64,000 nucleotides of DNA. It comes from Mobula hypostoma. Lineage: Eukaryota. The number at the start of each line of letters is the position of its first letter. Positions within the stretch are counted from its first letter, which is position 1. The position numbers and the translations under genes are program-made. A model generated the notes under the pieces. It saw nothing but the letters and a program-made list of their open reading frames with translations. It did no database searches and was not told the origin of the DNA. Positions 49,555 through 62,252 of this stretch are shown in pieces. The DNA is taken from contig NC_086108.1 in NCBI RefSeq assembly GCF_963921235.1, forward strand, positions 75,828,001 to 75,892,000. Reading direction: 5' to 3'.

Positions 49555-49621
49555 ATGGAGACGGTGGAGCGCTGGAAAATGTGTTTGTGTCTTTTTGTTG
49601 CGGTGATTTTCACTTCTCTCG
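49555..49621 (+). CDS. Candidate first coding exon of a secreted or membrane protein (signal peptide METVERWKMCLCLFVAVIFTSL + 1 nt)
   Basis: Strong Kozak AGAATGG; charged N-region then hydrophobic core; 67 nt ending at phase-1 donor G|GTAGGA; downstream exons not identified in window. Confidence 0.65.
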
Positions 49622-50944
49622 GTAGGAACAGCCACAATTGTTTATTGGTAGATCGTTTTTAACAAGCTTGTCATTCGAATACTGACGTTGTAAATTGTTT
49701 CTTTTACTTAACCTTTTAATTCTAATCAGATGTCGTGTTCAGTTCATTTTCTTTGTATGCAGCCGTTCAAAATGCTTGGGATCAGGAGATTAATGCCAGT
49801 GACCCTTTAGCTTTTCCTTTGTAAGTAATAGTTCCGACTGCAACTTTCCAAGAAATGCATTTTTCAATCTGCGGCAGGGCTGGGGCAGTTTTTTTTTCCA
49901 TCTGTTTCGTGGGTATGACTAGATTGTTTGCTGTATCTTTAACGGTACAACTTAGTATATTTTCAAATCCGTGTCTGTTGTAAGAATTCCAATTGAGCCG
50001 TGTAGACATTTTATGATGCCCTCCAGAAATCTTTCTGATCGAATTTTTACACGGGATGTTTTGAAATATGTCTTTGGGAACAGTCTTTGCGTTTGTTGTA
50101 TTGATTGGGAAGTTGAAGTGATTGCGACCTTCCACTAGCTGAAAGTGAACTCCATAAATAAGCAGTTGTTGCCGTTTTGCTAGTAGAGTGTCAATTCGCA
50201 TCGCACATATAAACTTCTCCCACTTTCTTTTTGGGAAGGGTGATGGATGTCCTGATCACTGGGCCTATGAGTACCGCAGTTCCGGACACTTTATAAAATG
50301 TAAAGCCCCACGTTTGGCTTCATTGGTGTTCCACGGGCCTTTGCTCTTAAGATCAGGAAAAGTTTCATTTTCTACATTAAAATCCGTTTCATCTCAGTGT
50401 ATCGGACCCTGAGATGGCAAGGGTAAACTGCTTAAAATAGTTTTAAAACCAACATGGGAAAAATGCAACTCGCTTTGCATTCCCGGGAAATTTAGGAGGA
50501 GCTTCAGAGACTAACAGCAGCATTTGAGCAAGTATAATATTGCAGCCACGTTCGATATCCATGGCCACTTAATCGACTCAATGTTGCAAAAAATATGGAC
50601 ATCAAAGTTGCTGGAAATCTGAAATTTTAAAAAAACGCAGTTGAAATGATTCAGTGGGTCAGTCAGTATCTGTGGAAAGAGAAACCGGATACTGACAAAG
50701 GGTCGTTGACCTGAACCCTTTATCTCTGTTTCCACAGATACTGCCTGACCTGCTAAAAGTTTCCAGCATTTTCTGTTGAAGTCATCTGGTTGGATAGGAT
50801 TCTGTTAAGACATGAACATATAATTCAGACTGATATTTAATGGTTACTGCCTACAACTGTCTGATCTAGAAGTGAGAAGGTCCCAGTACTGCAGATACTG
50901 GATCTTGTAGGAAAAGAGCAGCAAGTATTTTTGGGAATGGTTCC

Positions 50945-52075
50945 ATAAAACATAGGAGCAGAATTAGGCCATTTGGTCTTTCAAACCTGCTCTGCCATTT
51001 AATCCTGCCCCCCCCCAGCCCCACTCCCCAGCTTTCTCCCTGTAACTTTGCTACCGTGACCAGTCAAGAACCTATCAAGCTCTGCCTTAAATACACCCAG
51101 CAATCTGGCCTCCATGGCTGCATGTGGCAACAAATTCCTCAAATTCACCACCCTTGACTAAAGAAATTTCTCTGAATCTATGTTTTAAATGGATGCCCCT
51201 CTATCCTGAGGCTTTGACCTCTTTTCCTAGACTCTCCCACCATGGGAAACATCCTTTCCACATCTACTCTGTCTAGCCCTTCCAATATTCAAAACTTTTC
51301 AATGAGATCCCACCCCCCCCCCATCCTTCTGAATTCCAGCAAGTACAGGCCCAGAGCAGTCAAATGTTTCCAAATGATAACCTTTTCATTCCTGGAATCA
51401 TCTTTGTGAACCTCCTTGAACCCTCTTCAATACCAGCACATCTTTTCTAAGGTAAGGAGCCCAAAACTGTTCACAATACTCCAGGTGAGACCTCTCCAGT
51501 ACCTTATAAAGCCTCAGCATCTCTTCCTTGCTCTTAATATTCTAGACCTCTTGAAATGAATGCTAACATTGCATTTGCCTTCCTCGCCACCTGCAAGTTA
51601 ACCTTTAAGGTGTTCTGCACAAGGACTCCCAAGTCACTTTGCATCTCAGATTTTTGGATTTTCTCCCCATTTAGAAAATAGTCTGCACATTTATTTCCAC
51701 TACCAAAGTGCATGACCATGCACTTTCCTATATTGTATTTCATTTACCACTTTCTTGCCCATTCTCCTAATCTACCCAAGTCCTTCTGCAGCTCTGTTTT
51801 CTCAACACTACCTGCCCCTCCACCAATCTTCTTATCATCTGCAAACCTGGCAACAAAGCCATCTACTCCATCATTGATAGCATAAAAAGAAGCCGTCTCA
51901 ACACTGCAGAACACCACTAGTCATTGCAGCCAAACAGACAAGGGTCCTTTTATTCCCACTCACTGCCTCCTACCAATCAGCCAATGCTCGAACCATGCCA
52001 GTAACTTCCCTGTAATACCATATGCTCTTAACTTGGTCAGCAGCCTCATGTGTGGTACCTTGTCAAAGGCCTTTG
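50945..52075 (-). mobile_element. CR1 LINE, 5'-truncated
   Basis: MKYNIGKCMVMHFG...KANAMLAFISRGLEY; CR1 tail. Confidence 0.88.
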
Positions 52076-52639
52076 AAAAGAGTGGACGTGAGAAACAAAA
52101 AGGAAGCAATCATTTTGTCAATTTTATGGACTTTGAACTTTGAATTGGCAACCAGAGGTAGAGGAACAGATGTATAGGCAAAACAAAAGTGTAAACATAA
52201 TAGGGTAGTCATTGTTGGGGATGTATTTACACCAAATTGTCTTAGTGTGACAGGCCTAGAGTGAGTAGAATTTTAAAAATGTGTTTGGGGAAGCTTTTTG
52301 AGCCAAGACATGCTTAGACCTGCTGGAGAGGGTTGACGGTAGACCTAACTTCAGCAAGTAGATTGTCAGTGAAACAGCATTTGGGGACATATTGGACAAA
52401 ACTCTTGAAATGTTACTGTTGTTATGGAGGAGAGCAAGGAAAACCAAAAGTTAAGCTGAATTTGAGGGACACTGACATCAATAAGATAAGATGGGTGCAG
52501 TACAAAGTACAGTACTGGAGGAACAGCAGGTCAGGCAGCACCTATGGAGGCGAAATGGAGAGTGGACGGTTTGGGTAGAGACTCTTTAGCTGGACCACAG
52601 TAAGTTTACTTGCAGCTTTTTTCACCATGTTCATGATCA

Positions 52640-53845
52640 GATCGTGTCTAACAAGCCTGATAGAGTTCTTTGAGGAGGTGCCAGGCATATAGATGAGGGT
52701 AGTGCAGTGGATGTGATCTATATGGATTTTAGTAAGGCATTTGACAAGGTTCCACATGGTAGGCTTATTCAGAAAGTTATAAGGCATGGGATCCGGGGAA
52801 GTTTGGCCAGGTGGATTCAGAATTGGCTTGCCTGCAGAAGGCAGAGGGTGGTGGTGGAGGGAGTACATTCAGATTGGAGGATTGTGACTAGTGGTGTCCT
52901 ACAAGGATCTGTTCTGGGAACTCTACTTTTCATGATTTTTATTAACGACCTGGATGTGGGGGTAGAAGGGTGGGTTGGCGAGTTTGCAGATGACACAAAG
53001 GTTGGTGGTGTTGTAGATAGTGTAGAGGATTGTCAAAGATTGCAGAGAGACATTGATAGGATGCAGAAGTGGGCTGAGAAGTGGCAGATGGAGTTCAACC
53101 CGGAGAAGTGTGAGGTGGTACACTTTGGAAGAACAAACTCCAAGGCAGAGTACAAAGTAAATGGCAGGATACTTGGTAGTGTGGAAGAGCAGAGGGATCT
53201 CAGGGTACATGTCCACAGATCCCTGAAAGGGTAGGGTAGTTAAGAAAGCTTATGGGGTGTTAGCTTTCAAAAGTCGAGGGATAGAGTTTAAGAGTCGCAA
53301 TGTAATGATGCAGCTCTATAAAACTCTGGTTAGGCCACATTTGGAGTACTGTGTCCAGTTCTGGTCACCTCACTATAGGAAGGATGTGGAAGCATTGGAA
53401 AGGGTACAGAGGAGATTTACCAGGATGCTGCCTGGTTTAGAAAGTATGCATTATGATCAGAGATTAAGGGAGCTAGGGCTTTACTCTTTGGAGAGGAGGA
53501 TGAGAGGAGACATGTACAAGATAATAAGAGGAATAGATAGTGGATAGCCAGCACCTCTTCCCCATGGCACCACTGCTCAATACAAGAGGACATGGCTTTA
53601 AGGTAAGGGGTGGGAAGTTCAAGAGGGATACTAGAGGAAGGTTTTTTACTCAGAGAGTGGTTGGTGCGTGGAATGCACTGCCTGAGTCAGTGGTGGAGGC
53701 AGATACACTAGTGAAGCTTAAGAGACTACAAGACAGGTATATGGAGGAATCTTAGGTGGGGGCTTATATGGGAGGCAGGGTTTGAGGGTCGGCACAACAT
53801 TGTGGGCTGAAGGGCCTGTACTGTGCTGTACTGTTATATGTTCTA
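52640..53845 (+). mobile_element. CR1 LINE, 5'-truncated, related to 1-3520, inserted among older CR1 fragments (~52160-55130)
   Basis: DFSKAFDKVPH, FADDTK, RPHLEYCVQFWSP, WNALPE. Confidence 0.92.
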
Positions 53846-54424
53846 AAGATAGGATAATGAGGAAAAAAAACTACATCCAAAGGGTTAATTTGTGGTTAGA
53901 GGAGGGTATGTAGGTAAGATTTTAAGTAAATAATTCGCATCTATTTGCTTTTGAAAAGGACATTTATAGTTGGGAAATTCAGAGAAGGGCAGAGTGGTCT
54001 TCCAGAATAAATTGCATCAAAAAGGAGGAGTTGCTAGATGTCTTAAGACAGATGAATCACGAAAGCTTAATGAGAGTTATTTCAGTCTGCATGGAAGGCA
54101 AGGAAGGAAATTGCTGGGGCCCTGACAGAAATTTTCAGAGTTTCTTTGGCCACAGATGAGGTGCCAAAGACCATCAGACAGCAAGTGTTGTGGTTCCCTA
54201 CTGCCCCAAGAAAGCCAGCAGGGAAAAGGCAGTTAATTACAGGCCTGTGAGTATAAGAAATTATTGGAAACAAATCTGCGCGACAGGATTAATTTTCACT
54301 TGTTCAGGTGGGAATTAATCAAGGATAGCTAGTGCAAGTTTAATCGGAGATCCTGTTTGACCAATTGGATTGAACTTTTGACTAATTGTGTAGGTAAGAA
54401 TAGAATGGTTGATGTTGTCTATGT

Positions 54425-54897
54425 CAGACATCCCACCTCTCCCTGAAGTTCCGGGAGTCTCCCGCATATTGATAGTGGCTCCCTGATGCCCGCAAATAAT
54501 ATACAATATCCCAGAAATCAATTTTTTTTTGAGAGAGAGAGCACAATGGCAGAGTGTTCCAAAAAAAGAAAATATAAAACGTACGTCACCCCAGACTACA
54601 CTAAGGTGTACCCCTGCCTAATAGGGGTCAAAAATAATGACAGTGTTGCTCGCTGCACTGTTTGCAACAGTGACTTTTCTATTGCCCGTGCTGGGTTAAG
54701 ACTGTAAAAGACTGTTGAGGTGAGTTTAACAGGTGTCATTCGTTCATTAGCATAGCTAACGTTATTTAAACTAGCTGGCTAGCTGCTAACGAGGTACTCT
54801 ATTGCAGACATCCCACCTCTCCTGGAAGTTCCGGGAGTCTCCCGCAAATTGATGGCGCTACCTCCCTGAAATGAGTTTTTGCAGGGTGGGATGTCTG
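54425..54897 (+). mobile_element. Non-autonomous hAT-like DNA transposon, family A, copy 2
   Basis: TIR CAGACATCCCACC / GGTGGGATGTCTG; N-terminal transposase remnant MAECSKKRKY...ARCTVCNSDFSIA; flanks CTATGT / CTATGG. Confidence 0.88.
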
Positions 54898-55319
54898 CTA
54901 TGGGAACTTCAGTATGACTATCAAAGACGGACAAGAGAAACTGCTCTAAAAAGGCAAGAGCACATGGGATCCAGGGTCAGTTTAGTAGATTAGTTCAAAG
55001 GTGGATTGACGGTAAGGGGCAAAGAGTGATGGTAGACTGTTGTTATTGCAGTTGGGACTCATTGACTAGTGTACTATAGGGATTAGTGCTGGGATCCTTG
55101 ATGGTTGTTTCATATGCTAATGATAAAGTTGATATAAATAAAATTAATAGGGGCATGATGGAATAGATATTGCAAAACTCCTTGTAGCAGAGGTATGGAC
55201 TATCATTCCGTATTGTAAATACTCAGCAGTTCAGGAATCAACTTTGTGGGGGGGCGGGGAAGAGGTATTTTAAGATTCTCTTTTTTTCTCTCAGTATGCT
55301 GAAGTAGCTTTAAGTGGTA

Positions 55320-56250
55320 CAGAGCAACACACACAGATGCTGGAGGAGCACGGCGTAGGAAGACACTGGAATAGAAAGGTGGCGGGGGGGGGTGAAGAAG
55401 GATTATCTAGAAAGTGATAGATGAAGCCAGGTGGGTGGGAGAGGTAAAGGGCTGGAAGAGAAGGAATCTGGTAGGAGAGGACAGTGGACTGTGGGAGAAA
55501 GGGAAGGAGAGGCACATGGGGGAGGTGAAAGACAGGTGAGGAGAAGAGGTAAGAAAAGGGAAGGGTGGGAGGGAAAAACATTACCAGAAGAAGAAATTAA
55601 TGTTCATGCCACGAGGTTGGAGGTTATCCAGAAAGAATATGAGGTGTTGCTCCTCCACCCTGAGATTGCACCTCCACTCCATCTGCCAAAAGCAAAATTT
55701 CCCAGCAGCCAACCATTATACTTCTTACCTCTGTTCCAACATGTTGGTCAAGGCCTGCTCTTTTGCCTCGATAGGGCCATTCTCAGGTGGAAGAGCAATA
55801 CTTCGTATTCAGTCTAGGTAGCCTCCAATCTGATGGCATGAACACCGATTTCTTCTTCTGATAATTTTCCCCCTCCCCCTCCCCCACTTCTATTCCCCAC
55901 TCTGGCCTCGTGCCTCTCCTCACCTGCCTAAACCTCCCCTGGTGCCCCTCCACCTTCACTTTCTCCCATGGTCTGCCCTCCTCTCCTCTGTCCTATCAGA
56001 TTCCTTCTTCTCCAGCCCTTTACCTGCCCACCCACCTGGCTTCACCTGTCACCTTCCAGCTAATCCTTCTTCCTCTTCCCCCTCCCCCCCCCCGCCTTTT
56101 TATTCTGGTGTATTCCCCCTTCCTTTCCAGTCCTGAAAAAGGGTCTGGGCCTGAAATATCAACTGTTTATTCATTTCCATAGACGCTGTTTGATCAGCAT
56201 TTTGTGTGTATGTTGCTGTGGATTATCTGCATCTGCAGATTATCTTTTGT
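55320..56250. mobile_element. Inverted PLE 3'-end pair (minus 55320-55660, plus ~55670-56250)
   Basis: Both halves carry the SLQPDGMN-type endonuclease tail and pyrimidine-rich terminal repeat; decayed hammerhead at 56128-56165. Confidence 0.8.
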
Positions 56251-56778
56251 GTCCAGGTGGTACATTATGAAGATGGCGAGAGACTAGAAAGTGTTGCTGT
56301 TTTAAAGGGTTCGGTCACAAATCTCAAAAAGTGCAGGTACTGCAAGCAGTTAAGGAAACAGCTTCTTGGCCTTCATTGTAAGGGGCATAGAGTACACAAT
56401 TTTTAAAAAAATCATCATGCAATTATATACATGCCTACTGACCAAAGCTGGAATATTGTATGCATGTCTGGTCTCCCTACCTTGAGAACGATGTGGTTAC
56501 AAACAAGGAAAAGCAGCACAGACTCTTTAGTGGATTTCAGAGTTCAATTGTATTTATTGTCACTGACTTATGGTACGAAACCTATTGTTCTACTTCCTCA
56601 AAAAATGCAGACATAAAAATTTATGAAGAAAGTGCAAAAAAAAGAAGTAATATTCACGGACATTTCGGCAATCTGATGGTGGAAGGAAAACTGCTGTTTC
56701 TGGACTAGTTATATGAGAGTTATGCAAGGCAGTGCCTTTTGTACTCAGAAAAACCAATGTCAGTCTTATTGAAGCATA

Positions 56779-57338
56779 TGTAATGCTCAGCTATATCAGC
56801 TCATATTTATCTAGGGGAAACTCCGTCCGCCGCCTAACCGTGTCTCCCGGTTGTGTCGGTTGCTGTGCAATGCCACCTGGTTCGACCTCAAACATCAAAC
56901 ATCAGACAGCACACAATGTACACTTTACAGATTACACTTTATAAATCTTGCTGGGTCTATGAGATTAATAGAGATACAATTTAAAAGAAAACGGTGCCAG
57001 ACTTATCAAAGTTCAATTTCTTCGTGCACACAGTTGGAGCTCAAATACCCGGGGTCTTCTCTCATCGTCCAGAGCGCTTCCAGCATGTCCGTCTTACTCC
57101 CGGTCTCTCCTCCAAAAGCCCACCAAAAACACCGTTTCCCAGCCATATGAGACAGAATATCACCCCAAAAAAGAATAACATGGACACCCGTTGGTTCATT
57201 CCCTCCTTATCATTAGTGATAACCCAAACAAGCTGCTAGAAAAAGAATCACTGTCTCAGTGGTTAACATCACAGAGAAACCATTTTAATTATAACATAAC
57301 AAAAAAGCCGTTTTGATTAACATATGCAGTAACATACA
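56779..57338. mobile_element. Solo LTR (560 bp) inserted in an old CR1 fragment
   Basis: TGTA...TACA termini; 4-bp TSD CATA (56775-56778, 57339-57342); removing it restores CR1-like CTTATTGAAGCATACAAAATTCTTAAGGGG. Confidence 0.8.
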
Positions 57339-58862
57339 CATACAAAATTCTTAAGGGGCTTGGAAGGGTAGGTACAAGGATGCTGTTTATCCCAGCTGAG
57401 GTACCTAGAATGAAGAGTATCTAAAAAAAAAACGCTGTACCGTTCTATAAGTGGTTAGTCAATTTGGTCGAGAATATGGAGAAATGTCTTTCTGCAGTGA
57501 TTAACAGTTAATTCAATTTTCTGAAGGGTCTTTGGAGGTGGAGTCACGGAGAATATTCTATACTAGTGATTAAAGGTTGAAGTAAGAATTGCAAGTCCAG
57601 GTATAATCGTGAATCTTTATAAAACTGCACACTTACAATTGGACTAATTTTGCAATTCATTCTGCAGGACGGATGTTGAAGCAATACTCGGTACAAATCA
57701 ATAAGAGTGCTAACCTCCAGGAGGAAACAAAAAAATATGATGAAATATTCCAAATGTGGGTTGTTACTGTTGCAACAGAGAAGTTTGAGGTGTTTTGAAG
57801 GATGTGTTTAAAGTTTATGCAGAAGTAGCATGGCAAAAAGGAACAGACATTTCCTGTGATTAGGCTGAAGTAAGGGGAGTTGAATCTATGGATTGTACCT
57901 CAGCAGTTAGTGAGTAAACTATGTCAGAGCTTTATATAGGTTATTGAAACTAAACAGATAGAGAAACGGTAGAAGCAGAGGAATGAGATTACTACTCATG
58001 ATAAGGATAAAAACCAGCACTAACAGTTTTTCTATTTTTCATTAGATTTTGCTTGGCAAGTTAAAAGTTGGAGGAATTTCTGGTGGAAATGCTAATTCAA
58101 TTTTTACGCAGGCATTTCATTGGACACCTAGTACATAAGCAGCAGTTTAATTATGCAGAGGAGAGTCAGTTATAGTATTTATGGAAACGTTGGCACATGC
58201 TAGTCCTGGTTTTTGTACACATTGAGTGATGGGCCTAACTAATGATTCCCGAACATCCCTGGAGAAGGCCTGTCCCATCTGACCTTCCCCTTGGGCCTTG
58301 CTAGCCGGTTCTTTCAGAACACTAAACCCCAAGCTACGTGCCAGACCCATCCAGCCCCATATTTGATGGTACAATTTCAAATGAGACCAAAATCGAAAAG
58401 TAGTTGTGGCTTGGGTAGGTGCTGCTGAAACTGTGCCTTGCTCGTATCTATCTTATTATCCCTAAATCAAACCAGCTCACTGCTGGAAATGATCAAGAGC
58501 ACTTGTGATCAAAAGCAAAGTATGTGGTGGTGGAAAAAGATGAAATCATTCCATATAGGCTATGTTCCATCAATTCATCCATTGTCAGAGGAGTTCAAAG
58601 CAAAAATGTAGCTACTTAACACCACAAAGTTGAGCAGTTTTTCCAAGAAGCCACATAGTACCACAGGTTCTTGGCACAATATTTGCTTTTGAGATTTAAA
58701 TGCAGTGACCAGGGTGTTTAGAAGTTGAACTACAAAAAAAAGTTGATCATTTTCATGGTCAATCAACAATTAATATTGCTATCGATGGAATAATGGCCAA
58801 AAATTGGTCATTTGCTTTAATGAATCCAAATTCTTCTCTCACGTGTGACTGGGGCCTTAGAG

Positions 58863-60072
58863 CAGGGGTCCCCAACCTTTTTTGCACTGCGGACCGCTTT
58901 CATGTTGACAATATTCTTGCGGACCGGCTGACCGGTGGTGGGGGGGGGGAGGAGGAGGAGGGGTTTGGTTGCAAACGGACAAGAGTAGCAGTCAAATACG
59001 TTGTGTTTACCAAGAGAAAGACTACAATGACCATGAAGCCTTGCGCGGGCACCAGTGCGCATGTTTGACTTGCACATGCGTGCACGTGCTGATTATTTTT
59101 CTACAAATCGATTTTGGCGATTCTGTTCGGGGGATGGGGTTGTTAATCACGACCAGAATATCGGTGATAAGTGGCTAATACACTCAATTTCGTTTCTAAA
59201 AGGGTTTATCTAACGAATTTAATATTAAACACACACCGCATATTTTCCTTGCGTGAGTATAGCGATAAGTCAATTATCAGGGGAGGCCAGGGGAGCTTGA
59301 AGTAACTGTTGAACGAACTTCCGGTAGAAGTGTCAGAAACAGGTTCAATATTAACATTTAAAGAAAAATTGGATAGGTATATGGACAGGAAAGTAATGGA
59401 GGGTTATGGGCTGAGTGCAGGTTGGTGGAACTAGGTGAGAGTAGCGTTCGGCACGGACAAGAAGGGCAGAGATGGCCTGTTTCCGTGCTGTAATTGTTAT
59501 ATGGTTATATAAGTCAATAGCATCATAACATTTTAAGTAACGTTTGGATATTAAACACACAGTGCATATTTTCCTCATAGGAACATATAAAATCATTGCA
59601 ACGCACCAATATCGCTGAATCAGTGGGAGCCCTGGGCTTGTTTTCCTGCAACAAGACGGTCCTATCGAGGGGTGATGGGAGAAGCGATACTCGAAGGGGG
59701 TTCCTTATGTCCAGTCTAATCCGCAATTTAGTTTTTGTTACATTTCATCGCGGAGATATGTTGGAAATGGAAGCAACGTTTTCAGTGCTTTCGTGGGTAA
59801 CTCAGGATATTTAGCCTTGACTTTGATCCGGAATGCCGGCAGAGATGTTATGTCAAACATACTTCTCAGCCCGCCGTCATTTGCAAGCTGGAGGAGTTGA
59901 TCTCCTTCCCGCGCTGACATGGATGATGCGCGGGTAATGACCTCACATGCGTAATGGCTCTACAGTGGCCGTGACAGGGAATGAGAAAAGGTGCAGCTGA
60001 CTTATATCGCCAAATCATATCGTTTCCTTGCAGCCCGGTACCGGTCCGCGGCCCGGTGGTTGGGGACCGCTG
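58863..60072 (-). mobile_element. Buster/Charlie-type hAT deletion derivative, family B, copy 2, containing a CR1 3' fragment (~59300-59510)
   Basis: TIR CAGGGGTCCCCAACC / GGTTGGGGACCGCTG; perfect 8-bp TSD CCTTAGAG with central TA; transposase C-terminal remnant. Confidence 0.93.
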
Positions 60073-60959
60073 CCTTAGAGGGAGGAAAAACACAAGGTGT
60101 AGAGAAACCAAAAACTTAGACATTTTGAAGTTTGTCAGGTGTGAGCAGAAGACAACAAAGGCCATAGTTGCAGTGATCATATGGGCTCCTTTTGTGATGT
60201 GTTTCTAATGATTTTCTTTGTAACTGAAGCATTGACCATGTCATAGGGAGAAACATGAGCAACCAGTTTAACATGTATTATTCAAAATAATCAATTGATG
60301 TGAATTTGCTTGATGGGAACCATGCATATTCGCATCTGAACCATGATGCTTTTTATTTGTTCAAAGCAAGCATTTATTGTTCATCCATAATTGCTCCCTG
60401 AACTGGTTTGAGATATGCTATTTCAGTTATATCGATCCTCTATTCAGTTTCACTATTAACTTGTTTGCTCATTAACTAAAACACTTCTTAGTTTTAAAGT
60501 AAATCAAAGAGCAACATGACAATTAGGTACATATGAGTTGGCTTATAATTTTATGGACATGAATTTTGATGAAACAGTTCGATATACTTTATAATGTTTT
60601 GATTGGTTTTCTATAAATTGGCTATTGGACATGTGTACCTAAATGGAAAATATCAGAGAAAAATGCCTGAGGTGTCATCTGTGCTATTCTGCAAAAGTTA
60701 ATTGAAATAAATTTTATCCATTCTACATTGGATTTGTTAAGCAGGAAGAATTAAACTAGAATGCAAGGTAGTTATTATGAGTTAATGGCCGCACACTGAA
60801 ACTTAATGCTGTTGTGTGCTTATAAAGTTAATAGGTGATTTCCTCCTGATAGACTTTTCTTGAAACGAATATAACAAACTTTTCTTGCATTTTAAGTGAT
60901 TTTTTATAGATGGAAAGAATATCTAAAAATATTTTGAACTGAAATCTCTCCCATCTCTC

Positions 60960-62225
60960 CATAAGATATCGGAGAAGAATCGGGCCATTTGGCCAATCGA
61001 GTGTGCTCTGCATTTTCATCATGGCTGATCCAATGTTCCTCTCAGCCCCAATCTCCTGCCTTCTCCCCATATCTCTTCATGATCTGACCAATCAAGAATC
61101 TTATCAACCTGTGCCTTAAATATACATACAGACTTGGCCTCCTTAGCTGTCTTGACGACGAATTCCACAGATTCACCACTCTCTGGCTAAAGAAATTCCT
61201 CCTCATCTCCATTCTAAAAGGATGCCCCTCTATTCTGAGGGTGCATCCTCTGGTCTAAAACTGTCCCACCATAGGAAACATCCTCTCCACATCCACTTTA
61301 TCAAGGTCTTTTACCATTTGAAAGGTATCAATGAGGTCACCCCACAATCTTATGAATTCCAGCGACTATAAACCCAGAGCCATCAAACGCTCTTCATATA
61401 ACAAGCCATTCAATCTTGAAATCATTTTTGTGAACCTCTTTGAACCATCTCCAGTTTCAGCATATCCATGCTAAGATGACGGGCCCAAACCTGCTCACAA
61501 TAGTCCAAGTGTGGTCTCACTAGTGCTTTATGAAGTCTCAACATTACATCCTTGCTTTTATATTCTAGTCCTCTTGAAATGAATGCTAACATTGCATTTG
61601 CCTTCCTCACCACAGACTCCACCTGCAAATTAACCTTTAGGGAATCCTGCACAAGGACTCCCAAGTCCCTTTGCACCAGTTTTTTTTCGGATTTTTCTCT
61701 CCCTTTAAAAAATAGTCAGCTCTTTCATTTCTTCTATCAAAGTGCATGACCATACACTAGCCGACACTGTATTCCATTTGCCATTTCTTTGCCCTTTCTC
61801 CTAATCTGTGTCAGTCTTTCTGTAGCATCCCTACTTCCTCAAAACTACCTGCCTCGCCACCTATCTTCATATTGTCTGCAAACTTTGCAACAAAGCTATC
61901 AATTCCTTCATCCAAATCATTAACATATAGCATAAAAAGAATTGGTCCCAGAACAGACCCTTGTAGAACACCACTTGTCACCGGCAGCCAATCAGAAAAG
62001 GCTCCCTTTATTCCCATTCTTTGCCTCCTGGCAATCAGCCACTGTTTTATCCAAGCTAGAATCTTTCCTGTAATACCATGGGGTCGTAGCTTGTTAAGCA
62101 GCCTCATGTGTGGCACCTTGTCAAAGGCCTTCTGAAAATCCAAGTACACAAAATCAACTGAACCTCCTTTGTCTATCCTACTTGTTATTTCGTCCAAGAA
62201 TTCCAACAGAACAACTTTCCCGTTA
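60960..62225 (-). mobile_element. CR1 LINE, 5'-truncated
   Basis: DFQKAFDKVPH, GVLQGSVLGP, KFADNMK, RPHLDYC. Confidence 0.9.
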
Positions 62226-62252
62226 AGGTCCCCATTCAGCAAGTGGCAAGGT

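Noticed and set aside
49555..49621. Naming the gene (JAM/F11R-, CD44- or tissue factor-like first exons came to mind)
   Set aside because: A 22-residue signal peptide and exon length are not diagnostic
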